From positions 1-34,045 of the forward strand of contig NW_021832643.1 of assembly GCF_006345805.1 (NCBI RefSeq): a stretch of 34,045 nt of DNA. Direction: 5' to 3'. The notes beneath the pieces are model-generated. The model ran no database searches and was not told where the DNA came from. It saw only the letters and a list, made by a program, of their open reading frames with translations. The DNA comes from Octopus sinensis (lineage: Eukaryota). Each line of letters begins with the position of its first letter. Position 1 is the stretch's first letter. Positions 33,552 through 34,045 of the stretch are shown piece by piece. A program made the position numbers and the translations under genes.

Positions 33552-33695
33552 CTTTTACTGTTTTACTTGTTTCAACATTTGACTGCGGCATGCTGTAGCA
33601 CCACCTTTAGACGAACAAATCGACCCCCGGACCCCCGGACATGAACACACCAGCATCGCTTGCCAAGCGATTTGGGGGGGGGGACACAGACACAC
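33552..33695 (-). mobile_element. Degenerate SINE family B, 3' fragment
   Basis: CTTTTACTGTTTTACTTGTTTC...TTTGACTGCGGCATGCTGTAGCACC. Confidence 0.7.
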
Positions 33696-34045
33696 TAACA
33701 TATTCATATATCTCTCTTCTCTCTCTTTGTTGCGTTTTGTCCCCCTTTTCTCTCTCTCTTTTCCCTCTTCTCTGTCACGTGACTGTTGGCCGAAATCTGC
33801 CTTTCAGCTCCTGACCCTCGTCGTGTAACATCGTTGTTCTTCGTCCTCCGCTATAAAGGCTTTTTCCAATGCGCCCAGAGAAAAAATTTGTTTGCTTTTA
33901 TCAGTCGTAAGACACTTGCTGTTTTTCACCGTTAATGCTTCTGTATTTCATGTTTCTGTATTCCATTATTGTTTTTTGTTTTTTTATATCTGTCCCTTTT
34001 GCTGTCCTGGTGTTCGTATGCATTCGATCCTTCTTCCAGGAAATC

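Noticed and set aside
1-34045. CRISPR array, rRNA genes or prokaryotic operon
   Set aside because: No repeat-spacer pattern, no rRNA-like sequence and no gene-dense coding structure; the DNA is eukaryotic and repeat-rich.

Overview
Eukaryotic, AT-rich, repeat-saturated DNA with no recognisable intact protein-coding gene. Nearly all listed ORFs are translations of microsatellites. The SINE families and very high microsatellite load resemble an octopus (coleoid cephalopod) genome; this is inferred from recall and not verified by search. The window holds three tRNA-headed SINE families in more than 20 full or partial copies, fossil fragments of a Penelope-like retroelement (GIY-YIG region) and a mariner transposase, a Lep1/DINE-like non-autonomous Helitron, and several near-perfect hairpins. 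The main observation is a dense set of type I hammerhead ribozyme (HHR) motifs found by manual folding. A ~500-bp tandem repeat (19248-20591) has three intact minus-strand HHRs, one per repeat, which is a retrozyme-like arrangement predicted to release ~500-nt monomers. These share an unusual 58-69-nt extended stem II, a CUGAAGA core and a GUA cleavage triplet with two sequence-unrelated HHRs (5740-5834 +, 10117-10205 -). Several minimal Penelope-type HHRs are also present. A 3'/5' splice-site fusion at 8344/8345 is the best hint of a plus-strand host gene. All ribozyme calls are structural predictions and none has been shown to cleave.
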